From: an uncultured Bacilli bacterium
GTDB lineage: Bacteria > Bacillota_I > Bacilli_A > Izemoplasmatales > UBA1188
DNA length: 64,000 nt
Reading direction: 5' to 3'
Assembly: GCA_905235635.1 (NCBI GenBank)
Contig: CAJOMC010000005.1
Location: forward strand, 14,264-78,263
Below are positions 27,468 to 37,600 of this stretch, piece after piece. Under the pieces are notes generated by a model, which was given only the letters and a program-made list of their open reading frames with translations, had not been told where the DNA came from and searched no databases. Each line of letters begins with the position of its first letter. Position 1 is the stretch's first letter. Position numbers and translations under genes: made by a program.

Positions 27468-28726
27468 AACACGTAAGACTATTAATTATCGGTGGAGGAC
27501 CAGCTGGTCTTGCTGCCGCAGTAAGTGCTTATGATAAAGGTGAAAGAGATATTCTTATTTTAGAAAGAGAAAATAAACTTGGTGGAATATTAAACCAATG
27601 TATCCACAATGGTTTCGGCCTTCATACTTTCAAAGAAGAATTAACTGGACCTGAATATGCCCAAAGATTTATTGATCAAGTAGTTGAAAGAAAGATACCT
27701 TATCTTTTAAATACTACAGTTATAAATGTTAATAATGATAAAACTGTATCCGCATTAAATGAAGATGGTTTACTTGAAATAAAGGCTGACGCCATTATTC
27801 TTTCTTGTGGATGTAGAGAACGTCCAAGAGGTGCAATTAATACCGCAGGTTCTCGCCCCGCAGGTGTATATAGCGCAGGAACAGCTCAAAAACTGGTTAA
27901 TATTGATGGACTACTCCCTGGAAAAGAAGTGGTAATCCTAGGTTCAGGCGATATTGGACTTATTATGGCGAGACGTATGACATTTGAAGGTGCAAAAGTT
28001 AAAGCTGTAGTGGAAATAATGCCATATTCATCTGGTTTAAATAGAAATATAGTTCAATGTTTAAATGACTTTAATATTCCTTTATATTTCTCTCATTCTG
28101 TAGTTGAAATAAAAGGAGATAAGAGAGTTGAATCTGTAGTTATCGCAGAAGTAGATGAAAGACTTAATCCAAAAATGGAAACAGCATTTGAAATTAAATG
28201 TGACACTTTATTACTTTCTGTCGGACTACTTCCTGAAAATGAACTAGCACGTGGTGCAAATGTTGATATATCAAGAGTTACAAGAGGCGCTATTGTTGAT
28301 GATAGATTAATGACATCTGTTGATGGCATCTTTGAATGTGGTAATGTCTTACACGTTCATGATCTTGTCGATTTCGTGTCTCAAGAAGCTAAAGAAGCAG
28401 GTGAGAAGGCGGTTGAATATATCAACTCTAGTGCCAAGAAGGAATATGAAAAGATTATAGTTGAAACTGATGGAAAAGTAAGATATGTAGTACCCGAAAT
28501 TATCCTTAAGAATGATAACTATAATCCTTTAACTTTCAAACTTAGAGTCGGAAATGTCTATAAAAATATTAAGCTAGAAGTAAGTGCTGATGATGAGGTT
28601 ATTTACTCTAAGTCAAAACAAGTTGTCGCGCCAGGTGAAATGGAAACAATCTCTTTAAGAACAAAAGAAGTTGAAAAGATGAGAATTGCCAAGTCAATCA
28701 AAGTATATTTAAGGAGCGAAGAATAA
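27464..28726 (+). CDS. Pyridine nucleotide-disulfide/FAD-dependent oxidoreductase (second subunit of the cluster)
   Basis: It has 'LLIIGGGPAGLAAA' and a second Rossmann 'VVILGSGDIGLIMA'. It overlaps the upstream gene by 4 nt. Confidence 0.75.
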   Translation: MKHVRLLIIGGGPAGLAAAVSAYDKGERDILILERENKLGGILNQCIHNGFGLHTFKEELTGPEYAQRFIDQVVERKIPYLLNTTVINVNNDKTVSALNEDGLLEIKADAIILSCGCRERPRGAINTAGSRPAGVYSAGTAQKLVNIDGLLPGKEVVILGSGDIGLIMARRMTFEGAKVKAVVEIMPYSSGLNRNIVQCLNDFNIPLYFSHSVVEIKGDKRVESVVIAEVDERLNPKMETAFEIKCDTLLLSVGLLPENELARGANVDISRVTRGAIVDDRLMTSVDGIFECGNVLHVHDLVDFVSQEAKEAGEKAVEYINSSAKKEYEKIIVETDGKVRYVVPEIILKNDNYNPLTFKLRVGNVYKNIKLEVSADDEVIYSKSKQVVAPGEMETISLRTKEVEKMRIAKSIKVYLRSEE

Positions 28727-29109
28727 TGGAAAAAGATTTTATTTGTATAAATTGCCCTATGGGATGTCATCTTCATGTCACATATGCACTTGATTCAAAT
28801 GGTAAAATTGATGAATCTAGTGTAAATGTTAGTGGATATACTTGTGGAAGAGGCAAAAAATATGGAGCTGAGGAACTTGTTCATCCATCAAGAATGGTTA
28901 CATCTAGTGTAAAAGTTATTGGTGGAGCTGAAGCAGTAGTTTCAGTTAAAACTAGAAATGCTATACCAAAGGAACTCATTTTTGATTCTTTAGAAGAACT
29001 TAAGAAAGTAGAATTAAAAGCTCCAGTTAAAATAGGTGATATTGTAATATCAAATCTTTTAAATACTGGAATAGATGTTATTGCAACAAGAAATATAGGA
29101 GTAAAGTAA
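28726..29109 (+). CDS. DUF1667-domain protein
   Basis: It is 127 aa with the 'CINCPMGCHL' motif. It occupies the usual position after the two oxidoreductases and has 1-nt overlaps on both sides. Confidence 0.7.
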   Translation: MEKDFICINCPMGCHLHVTYALDSNGKIDESSVNVSGYTCGRGKKYGAEELVHPSRMVTSSVKVIGGAEAVVSVKTRNAIPKELIFDSLEELKKVELKAPVKIGDIVISNLLNTGIDVIATRNIGVK

Positions 29110-30602
29110 TGGGAAAATATATCTTAGCTTTAGACCAAGGTACAACATCATCAAGAGCTATTCTTTTTGATAAGAAAGGTGAAATTTGGGGATTAGCCCA
29201 ACAAGAGTTTAACCAAATATATCCAAAACCAGGTTGGGTAGAACATGACCCTAAAGAAATACTATCTAGTGAACTTGCGAGCGCTTTTCAAGCTATTGTA
29301 AGAGCGGGTGCAACTTTAGAAGATATTGATTCTATCGGTATTACAAATCAAAGAGAGACCACAATTCTCTGGGATAAAACTACCGGAAAACCTGTATATA
29401 ACGCGATTGTCTGGCAATGTAGAAGAACAGAAGAATATTGTAAGAATCTTTTAAAAGATCCTACTTTAGATGAAAAAATCTATGAAAAAACAGGATTAAG
29501 ACTAGATGCATATTTTAGTGCTTCAAAGATTAATTGGATTTTAGAAAATGTTAAAGAAGCAAAAGATGTATATGAAAAAGGAAACCTCTTATTTGGTACA
29601 GTTGATACCTATCTTTTATGGCATCTAACAGGTAAAAAAGTTCATGCGACAGACTATACTAATGCATCAAGAACACTACTTTTTAATATCCATGAATTAA
29701 AATGGGATAAAGAATTATGTGATTTATTTGGTGTACCTATGGATATTCTTCCAGAGGTACATCCATCAAGTTATGACTATGGAATTACTGCCCAAACAGT
29801 AATCGGGGCAAATATCCCAATTACTGGTATTGTAGGTGACCAACAGGGTTCACTCTTCGGCCAACTATGTATAAATAAAGGTGACATTAAAAATACCTTT
29901 GGAACTGGTTGTTTCATGCTTATGAATACCGGAGATGAACCAATAAAATCTAAACATGGTTTACTAACCACCTTAGCTGCATCATTAGATGATAAGCCAC
30001 AATATGTTCTTGAAGGTAGCGTATTTATTGGTGGTGCTGCGGTTAAATGGTTAAGAGATGAGCTTAAAATGATCAAAGAACCAGAAGATTCTGAAACACT
30101 AGCGTTATCAGTTCAAGATACCGGTGGAGTATATATTGTCCCTGCCTTTACAGGACTTGGTGCACCATATTGGGACGGGGAAGCAAGAGGTATGGTTGTG
30201 GGCATTACAAGAGGAACATCACGTGCTCACTTTGTAAGAGCTACTCTTGAAGGTATAGCCTACCAAGTATATGATGTCTTAAAAGCAATGGAAAATGATT
30301 TAGGCATCGATATTCGCACCTTATGCGTTGATGGCGGTGCTTGTAAAAACAATTTCCTTATGCAATTTGAAGCTGATATCTTAAAGGCTGAAGTTAAACG
30401 TCCTAAAGTTGTAGAGGTTACTGCACTTGGTGCAGCATACCTTGCGGGCCTTAAAACAGGATACTGGTCATCTATAGATGAAATAAGAGATAATAAGGAA
30501 ATTGAAAAATATTTCTTCCCTGAATTAGATGACTCACAAAGGACTGTAAAAATACATGGATGGCATAAAGCAATCCATCTTGTAACTACACACGAAAAAT
30601 AA
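29109..30602 (+). CDS. glpK: Glycerol kinase
   Basis: It has 'YILALDQGTTSSRAILFD', 'GITNQRETT', 'GDQQGSLFGQ' and 'GGAVKWLRD'. Confidence 0.95.
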   Translation: MGKYILALDQGTTSSRAILFDKKGEIWGLAQQEFNQIYPKPGWVEHDPKEILSSELASAFQAIVRAGATLEDIDSIGITNQRETTILWDKTTGKPVYNAIVWQCRRTEEYCKNLLKDPTLDEKIYEKTGLRLDAYFSASKINWILENVKEAKDVYEKGNLLFGTVDTYLLWHLTGKKVHATDYTNASRTLLFNIHELKWDKELCDLFGVPMDILPEVHPSSYDYGITAQTVIGANIPITGIVGDQQGSLFGQLCINKGDIKNTFGTGCFMLMNTGDEPIKSKHGLLTTLAASLDDKPQYVLEGSVFIGGAAVKWLRDELKMIKEPEDSETLALSVQDTGGVYIVPAFTGLGAPYWDGEARGMVVGITRGTSRAHFVRATLEGIAYQVYDVLKAMENDLGIDIRTLCVDGGACKNNFLMQFEADILKAEVKRPKVVEVTALGAAYLAGLKTGYWSSIDEIRDNKEIEKYFFPELDDSQRTVKIHGWHKAIHLVTTHEK

Positions 30603-30603
30603 A

Positions 30604-30631
30604 TTGACATCTTAAATTCTTGTGATAAAAT
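30604..30631 (+). promoter_or_regulatory. Near-consensus promoter of the tRNA gene
   Basis: TTGACA (30604-30609), a 16-nt spacer, then the extended -10 TGATAAAAT (30623-30631). The tRNA starts about 12 nt after the -10. Confidence 0.75.
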
Positions 30632-30642
30632 AATAGTGCTGT

Positions 30643-30716
<74 letters not shown>

Positions 30717-30732
30717 CGTACTATAGATAACT

Positions 30733-30758
30733 AAACATCTCTTTTGAGATGTTTTTTA
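30733..30758 (+). terminator. Rho-independent terminator after the tRNA
   Basis: AAACATCTC / GAGATGTTT stem with loop TTTT, followed by a T-run. Confidence 0.85.
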
Positions 30759-30834
30759 TTCACAATTGAATTTAACTAAGTTAAATTATGGTGATAAATG
30801 GAGCATAATATTTACTATATGATATAATATAGGT

Positions 30835-30986
30835 GTCGATGTAACAAAAATGGGCCCCAAATATATCCTCGGGGATGATGCGTGTTCTGGTGTTGAATGC
30901 CTATATTTATATGGGAATCCTAAAAGTTCAGTCAAGTCCTCATCTTTTTGATAGAAGCGTCGGCCTTCTATTAATGTTACATCGGC
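30835..30986 (+). ncRNA. Unclassified structured 5' leader (riboswitch-like candidate) of the downstream membrane-protein gene
   Basis: An extended -10 TGATATAAT (30820-30828) sits just upstream. A 12-bp closing helix pairs GTCGATGTAACA (30835-30846) with TGTTACATCGGC (30975-30986). Internal hairpins include ATAGAAG-CGTCGGC-CTTCTAT (30951-30971). The region is visibly more G+C-rich than the neighbouring spacers. Confidence 0.45.
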
Positions 30987-31015
30987 TTTAATTTTATATA
31001 TAAGAGGAGAAACGT

Positions 31016-31771
31016 ATGAAGTTTACTTTCAAAAATAATATATTGAATATAGTTATAGGATCAATACTAAGTGTACTTGTTGTTATACAGCTAATTGGCA
31101 TATTTGTAAAAGAATTAAATTATGTTGGTGCTGCACTAAAATATATAATAGGTGCATTTACTTTAGTAGTTGCTGGATTTAATCTTGGTCGTCACCTTAA
31201 AAAAGAGAACAAAACTGCGGAAACTATAGTATGGTTATTAGGAAATCTTATCATCATTGTTCTTGCTATACTTCTTATGTTTTTAAAACAAGAAGAAGAC
31301 AAGGTATGGTTAACTCCATCTATAGTCGCAGGTATTGATATTTATCTTGAAGGTGTAATGCTAATTATCACATCAACCATATCTAATAAAACAAACATTG
31401 CTTCTTCACTAGTTGGTATATTATTTATTTCTCTAGGTATGATTTGTTTCTTCAAACTAGTGGATAATATCCTAATATGGGGATTTACCGGAGCTTTACT
31501 TATCATTGGTTTAATTTTCCTATTAGATGGTATATATGGAATACGTCAAAAGAAATCAGAAGTAGAAAAGCCTAAAAAGAAGGCAGTGACAAAAGAACCG
31601 GATGATATAAAAGAAGTTATATTAGAAGATTTGGATGAAGCAGAATCTAGTCAGGCTACACCACAAGAAATACCTATTAAAGACGTTGAAACTGTCACAC
31701 ACAAAGAGAGTGATAAGAAGGAAATTGAAAAAGAAATTACTAATCTACTCGAACATAGTGATGATGAATAA
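31016..31771 (+). CDS. Integral membrane protein (about 6 TM helices, possibly DUF308/HdeD-like) with a charged C-terminal tail
   Basis: It has six hydrophobic segments, with repeated 'G..liilG...l..G' patterns. The C-terminal ~80 aa are Lys/Glu/Asp-rich. An AAGAGGAGA RBS lies upstream. Confidence 0.55.
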   Translation: MKFTFKNNILNIVIGSILSVLVVIQLIGIFVKELNYVGAALKYIIGAFTLVVAGFNLGRHLKKENKTAETIVWLLGNLIIIVLAILLMFLKQEEDKVWLTPSIVAGIDIYLEGVMLIITSTISNKTNIASSLVGILFISLGMICFFKLVDNILIWGFTGALLIIGLIFLLDGIYGIRQKKSEVEKPKKKAVTKEPDDIKEVILEDLDEAESSQATPQEIPIKDVETVTHKESDKKEIEKEITNLLEHSDDE

Positions 31772-31784
31772 ATATTGATATAAT

Positions 31785-31816
31785 AAAAGAGAAGTTCGTT
31801 GAAGAACTTCTCTTTT
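31785..31816. terminator. Bidirectional terminator between convergent genes
   Basis: AAAAGAGAAGTTC / GAACTTCTCTTTT form a 13-bp perfect stem with a 6-nt loop and A/T runs on both sides. Confidence 0.8.
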
Positions 31817-34610
31817 ACTTATCTTTCCTGCCGTTTAATACATAAACAGAAGGATGATCATATTTATTGTTTATTTCCTTAATAAGCGTTTTATAGCGAG
31901 TCTTGTAGTCATAAATGAATGCATTTTTCTCAAATTTATAACTATTAATTGAATCCTTTCCAGCTTTAAGTATTGGTCCGTATGCATTTTTTGATAAAGA
32001 GTAAACTATATCATTTTTTTCATTTAGTGCGGAACTAAATTCATCGAAATCATCTATGATAGCTTTAGTATAAGAATCCATACATTGCTTTAACGCGATT
32101 ATACTATCATCGAATTCATTCTTTGAATATAAATTATTATTGTCTAAAACTTGTTTATAATAATTAATTGTTTCAATTGATGAATTATTTATTTCATCAA
32201 TACTATTTAAAGTATTAGAAGAAACATCTTCCATACTTAAAAATTGAAGCTTATTTTCATTATCAATACTTTCAATTTTAGTAGTTAATTCTTGATGTAG
32301 AGAATTAATCTCTTTTTGATGTCTTAAAGAAGTCCTTCTATATGATATATTATAATCATCATCGTTATATTTTGAAGAAATACGTCTAATCTCATCAATT
32401 ACAGGAGTTAATTCTTTATCAAGAATATTATCGATTCTTTCTAGACCATTATTGTAATCTGATTGATACTTATTATATATATCATTAAAATTGAAAGAAT
32501 CTTTTGAGTTAAGAGTATTTACTATACTATCTATTTCAGATTCAGCAATTTTAATGGATTTTGTCGCTTCAAGAAGAGAGTGATTATGTATTTTATTGGC
32601 GATGTCTAAATTATCAATGTAAACTTCTATTCTTTCATCTATATCGCTTCTTGAGTAATTGATATCAGTATCTTTCTTAATGATTTTTATAATATCATTC
32701 ACGCTGTCGTTATAGTCAGTTAATATTTCATTTGTTTCTTCGGTCATTCTATCTTTAAAAGAAGCAGGTTTTTCTCTAACGGCATCTAGTTTTAAAAGAA
32801 TTGCGTTTAGTCTTATTTCTTTAATTTGATTTAGTTCTTTTATTTCATCAAGGAACTTACCCACTAAAAAGTTGATCCTATATTCAGAGAAACCATTGGA
32901 TACATTTTTTTCCTTGGTTAATATCTCAATTCTTAGTTCTAACTCTTTTTGAGCGAGTTCGATAAGTTCACTCGCAGATGTTATCCTATGTTTCATAAAA
33001 GCATTTAAGAATTCAAAACTAGATAGTGCAAATAACTCCTCTCTTGCCTTAGTCTGTTCTAAAAGAGCGGTTTGAGAGCTTTTAATAATATCAAGTGATT
33101 TCTTATTAACGTTATATGAATTAATTATCTTTTCGTATTCAAATTTTTTAGGAAGAAGATCTATGTCTCTAGATTTATGTGCTAAAGAATTTGATAAGAA
33201 GAGGATGGCTTTTTGGATGACATACGATCTATGAACTTTATTTAATTTAATCTCATAGTCTAAAACTGCTTGGAATTTTAAGTCAGAGGCATAGATTTCA
33301 TTTCTATAAATATTAAATAATTTATAGTTTTCATTTGCGCTTTTAATAAGATTAAAGATTTCTCTTTCCATGTTTACTTTAGCGACATTTAGGCTAAAAT
33401 TTAATTCATTTAGTAAGAGAGAAGATTTATATTTGTATGTAATGAGAACTCTTTTTAAAGTGTCAAAAAGTTCTAATTGTTTAAGAGAGAATTCAAGTGT
33501 ATGTTTAAGCCTATTATCAACCGATTCCTCAAATAATAAATCTAATAAATCGCTATATTTTTTAAAGAATATGATGTTTTCGATGATAGCGGAGCCTTTA
33601 AATTTTTCATCCTTTATGAGTAATTTCTTAAATAAGTTTTGATTTCTGTATCTTAGAAGAAGTTCACGATATTCTTTTTCATTAGCTTCTTCTAAAGATA
33701 AATATTTTAAATAGAGATCGTGATGATATGATTTAAAGATTTCAGTAATACAGTTTTCTAGTTCCTCATCGTTAAAAGCATTCTCAAGTTTAATAAATAA
33801 TTTTTTGTTTAGAGGGTTTTCTTTAATTTCTTTTTTAATAAGCTTAAGAGTATTCTTTTTGCTTTCAAAGAAATCCTTCTTAAAACCTAATGTTTCTATA
33901 AGTATTCTCTCATATTTCTTAATCTCTTTATCTGACAATTCTTTAAACTCTTGATAGAGAGACTCTTGAGTTTCAACGTATTTATTTTTGATATCATTTT
34001 CTATTTTCTCAAGGTTTTCATATAGGAAGTTTTCATCATTTAATATATCTTTATATGAAAGCTGAGAAATATTATTACTATCTAACTCTTCCTTATATGC
34101 TTTATTATCTTCAATTAGTTTAATTTTATAGTCATTATATAATAAAGTATATAATTCTTGAAGTTCTTTAATTTTAGTTATAATACCTTCAAAATCAGCA
34201 CTTAAATGTTCATAGTAATTTTTAATAATGGATGAATATTGATCGAGGGATTTCCCTAAAACTTGGGAAATACTATCATTTGTGTTAATAGAAGAAGATT
34301 CAAGTTCTTTAGTTTTTAATACTAAACTTTCTATTTTTTCAAGAGTAGTATTGTGATAGTTATCTAAAGAAGTTTCAAGGGAATCTAGATTTTCAATCAT
34401 AAAATTCATAAGGTCATTTTTAATTAGATTTAGTGAATTAAAATATTCAACCTTTAAGTCTTTCATTTCATGTGTTAATCTATCATCTTGAGTTTCTATT
34501 TTTTCTTCAACACCTTTAATAAGTTCTTCAAGTGAAGAAACGTCTTCTTTAATTAAATCAAAAGAAGCCTTAGATTTTTCTAAGGTTACATATATTATTA
34601 ATTTCATCAT
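31815..34610 (-). CDS. Giant coiled-coil protein of unknown function (931 aa as tracked; the true 5' end is probably upstream, see 34570..34698)
   Basis: It is continuous heptad-rich, low-complexity, helical-looking sequence rich in E/K/N/I/L/S. I see no P-loop, signal peptide or TM segment by eye. Confidence 0.6.
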   Translation of the reverse strand: MMKLIIYVTLEKSKASFDLIKEDVSSLEELIKGVEEKIETQDDRLTHEMKDLKVEYFNSLNLIKNDLMNFMIENLDSLETSLDNYHNTTLEKIESLVLKTKELESSSINTNDSISQVLGKSLDQYSSIIKNYYEHLSADFEGIITKIKELQELYTLLYNDYKIKLIEDNKAYKEELDSNNISQLSYKDILNDENFLYENLEKIENDIKNKYVETQESLYQEFKELSDKEIKKYERILIETLGFKKDFFESKKNTLKLIKKEIKENPLNKKLFIKLENAFNDEELENCITEIFKSYHHDLYLKYLSLEEANEKEYRELLLRYRNQNLFKKLLIKDEKFKGSAIIENIIFFKKYSDLLDLLFEESVDNRLKHTLEFSLKQLELFDTLKRVLITYKYKSSLLLNELNFSLNVAKVNMEREIFNLIKSANENYKLFNIYRNEIYASDLKFQAVLDYEIKLNKVHRSYVIQKAILFLSNSLAHKSRDIDLLPKKFEYEKIINSYNVNKKSLDIIKSSQTALLEQTKAREELFALSSFEFLNAFMKHRITSASELIELAQKELELRIEILTKEKNVSNGFSEYRINFLVGKFLDEIKELNQIKEIRLNAILLKLDAVREKPASFKDRMTEETNEILTDYNDSVNDIIKIIKKDTDINYSRSDIDERIEVYIDNLDIANKIHNHSLLEATKSIKIAESEIDSIVNTLNSKDSFNFNDIYNKYQSDYNNGLERIDNILDKELTPVIDEIRRISSKYNDDDYNISYRRTSLRHQKEINSLHQELTTKIESIDNENKLQFLSMEDVSSNTLNSIDEINNSSIETINYYKQVLDNNNLYSKNEFDDSIIALKQCMDSYTKAIIDDFDEFSSALNEKNDIVYSLSKNAYGPILKAGKDSINSYKFEKNAFIYDYKTRYKTLIKEINNKYDHPSVYVLNGRKDK

Positions 34611-34698
34611 ATAGAGATTTTATATTTGATTTGAGGTTATCTTTGTAGCTTGAAAGAAGATCTAGAGTTTCATTTATTTTGTTTTCCAAATCACTCAT
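34570..34698 (-). CDS. 42-codon ORF, probably the displaced N terminus of the 931-aa coiled-coil gene (frame break)
   Basis: Its ATG overlaps the TAA of the upstream 1113-aa gene (TAATG). The peptide MSDLENKINETLDLLSSYKDNLKSNIKSLYDEINNI... has the same coiled-coil character. It overlaps the tracked start (34610) of the 931-aa ORF in another frame. Confidence 0.4.
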   Translation of the reverse strand: MSDLENKINETLDLLSSYKDNLKSNIKSLYDEINNICNLRKI

Positions 34699-37600
34699 TA
34701 TTTTTTCTCCATCTTGTCTTTAAATTCAGTGATTAAACTATTGATTCTATTTTCCATATTATTTAAAGAATCATTTAAATCTTCGTTAAGTTTTTCGTTT
34801 AATGAAGATAAGTGTTCTTTAAATGCGGAAATTGGAATAGAAACATTATCATATTTATTTAAAGTATCCGCAATAACATTATTAAACTTCTCCTCAAATT
34901 CGATTAAATTATCTGCCTTAAGATTCTCGTATTTTTCTATAATACTATTTTTCCTGTATTCAAACGAATCTTTTAATCTAATATTTTCAGAGTTAAGTTC
35001 GTCAAAATATGCGGCTTTATTTTGATCGTGGTCTATTATTCTTTTTTCGAGTTTATTCTTATTATCTTGTTTAAATGTTTCGATAGAATCCCAGAGCTTT
35101 AATGAATTATCTTTCATTAAATCGAAATATTTATTTCCTTCATCCAAGATCTTTTGTTTTTCTTCTTGGAAGTTGCCGTTTATATTTTCTATAACCCTAG
35201 ATAAATCTGTAGTTTTATCGTGAGATGAACTAATATTAGAAGCATTCTCTTGTTTCTTTTCGCCTATTCTTTCATCTCTTCTCTTAATATATGCTAAATA
35301 TGTAGAGTTAATAATATTTTTAATATCTTCATTACCAGTTTCTCTTTGTTTGATTATTCTAGTCTTTAAAGTATTAATGTGGTTAATTTTTTCTTTATAA
35401 TCATTTTCAATAGTTTTTACTGTCCTAAGATATAGTTCCTGATAATCAGATAATCTCTTTGCTAGTCTTTCTGAATCGTTTTCTTTAGCTATATCAATTG
35501 TATCTAAATTATCAAGGAATGGAGAAATATCAGAAGAAGTTTTTTCTATCTCTTTAACTAATAAGTATTCTTTTAAATCTTCTAATACAAAGACGTTTCT
35601 AATATATTCACTATATGAGATTGGTGCATTTTTCTTTAATTCTTTATTAAATGCCTTTTTAAGCATCTTAACACTTTCATTTGCACTTCTTAAAAGATAT
35701 TTATATGCTTGATGTAAAGAAGAAGTGTTTTTAGATTTTATAAATAGTGATCTAAAAGTTTTATAGTCTTTATATAATTCCTTTTTATTGTATGCTTTAG
35801 TAAATGATTTGTTGTATATTTTATTTAGAATATTATCTAAATCAATTACTAAAGTATCAAGTATATAATATACCTGATTTAATATTTGGTCTGTATCAAC
35901 CTTTTTCACGTATTCATTAAATTCAGTTTTAGGTGAAAGATCAAGTAATGAAGACTTACATTTATCTAGAGCCATAACAAATAAAGCATGTGCTCTTTTT
36001 TCATTAACAAGTGATGCTCTATATTCTTCTATTACTTTAGCCTGGCTCTCTTTAATGGATTCCCTAATATGATCCATCTTAGATTTAAGAGATTCTTTTT
36101 CGGTTCTAATGAATGGATATATACGTTTCTTAGCCTCATCTGATTCCTTAAGAACTTTTATCTTATTAGCCTCAAAGTTATTTCTCTCTATTTCTAATAC
36201 ATTATTTAAATAACGCATTTTATTTGTGAGTTGTTCATCGAGGATTTCTATACCTTTATTATATCTTTCCATTAGATCTTCAAATTGTTCATTTCTTGAG
36301 ATTGCTTCAAGATATGCAATTTCTAAAATCTTTTGAATTTGAATTTGAGTCTTTAGTTTTTCTTCAGCATCTTCATCTCTATCTTTAATTTTTACTATTT
36401 TAGAGATGTTTTCAAGCCTAGTATATGCAGCCATATAGTCGCATTTAAGCATTTCTATATTTTTGTTTGTATCTAGTATCTTTACTTCATTATTTAATCT
36501 ATTTTTAACAAGAAGAACATCAATCTCATAGTCTTTTTTAAGCAACACTAGATCGCACTTGGAATTCATGATTTCAAGTTCTGCTTTTGCGGTTTCTTCA
36601 AGTTCTTTTCTCTTGATGTCATATTCTATTTTCTTTATTTCTGTTTCATCATCAATAGTTAAATATTGTCTTCTTAAATCAAGGAGAGAAAGTCTTAATA
36701 ATTCATCGTTTGTTAGTAACTTGAATGATAATAAATCTAATTCTTTATTTTGATTAACATTATCTTCAATATAAGTAAGATATTCTTTTAAAGAAACTAT
36801 CTTAGCATCGAGACCGAGACTTTCATAGCTTTTCTTGTAATAATAAAGTAAATCTTTAGTTCTTTTAGCATCTTCAGTTAAATTACCTAGTGCGTTCTTT
36901 TGATAATTAAGAATTTCAATAATAGATGAGAAGGTATTAAGCATTAGCGATTTACCATTATCTAAGAAATTATTATAAGATTCAAATAGATGGTCTCTTG
37001 CATCTTTTAATATAGAAGAATATCTATTTAACTCTTCATTTTGTTTATTTAGTAAATCGAGTTCAATAGAATATTTGATTAATAGTTTTTGATTATTAGT
37101 GGTAATGAAGTTAATTAAAGATGATTTTTGTTCAAGAAGAAGAGATTTTTCTTTATTAGTAGCTTTCTCTATTAATGAATCATAATATTTGTTTAAAGCC
37201 TCTATATCAGCATCTTTTTTCTTATTTAATTCCTCAAGACCTTTCTTGATTGATTCACATTCATCAGAGTTATCTTTTTTATTTTTAATAATTATATTAA
37301 TAAATGTATTAAAAGAAGACCTAATAGAATCAAATTTAGAGACATATTTACTTGTGTCACTTAAAAGCTTTTTAGCATCTTCAAAACACTCTATGTAGAT
37401 ATCAGAAAGATGACGAGATGACTCAATAGAAGTAAGTGTAGCATTTTCTGTTAAAGAAGAAGTATAGTTTTTGAATTCTTCAAGGAATGTGATTAGCTTC
37501 TTAATGTCTAAAGCGTGCTTTTCTGCGTTCTTATAGAATTCAAGGTTCTTCAAAATACTTTCTTTGGCATTAAAAATAGTATAAGTATAAACTTCCTCTT

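Noticed and set aside
30850-30951. A 33-codon ORF (MGPKYILGDDACSGVECLYLYGNPKSSVKSSSF*) inside the structured leader.
   Set aside because: It has no Shine-Dalgarno sequence (the ATG is preceded by GTAACAAAA). It lies entirely inside the region enclosed by the 12-bp helix. An RNA-structure explanation accounts better for the local G+C enrichment. I keep it as an alternative to be tested.
30835-30986. Identification of the leader as a c-di-AMP (ydaO-type) riboswitch. This was tempting because a DAC-like gene is in the window, 'GGGAATCC' recalls the ydaO block 'GGGGUGAAUCC', and 'TCAGTCAAGTCCTC' recalls 'CAGCUAACCUC'.
   Set aside because: Only short, gapped resemblances exist. The conserved 'AAUC' after P1 and the 'ACGGGGA/ACCCA' blocks are missing. 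The pseudo-two-fold architecture and the position of the 3' P1 strand also do not fit. I cannot support the class without a covariance-model search.
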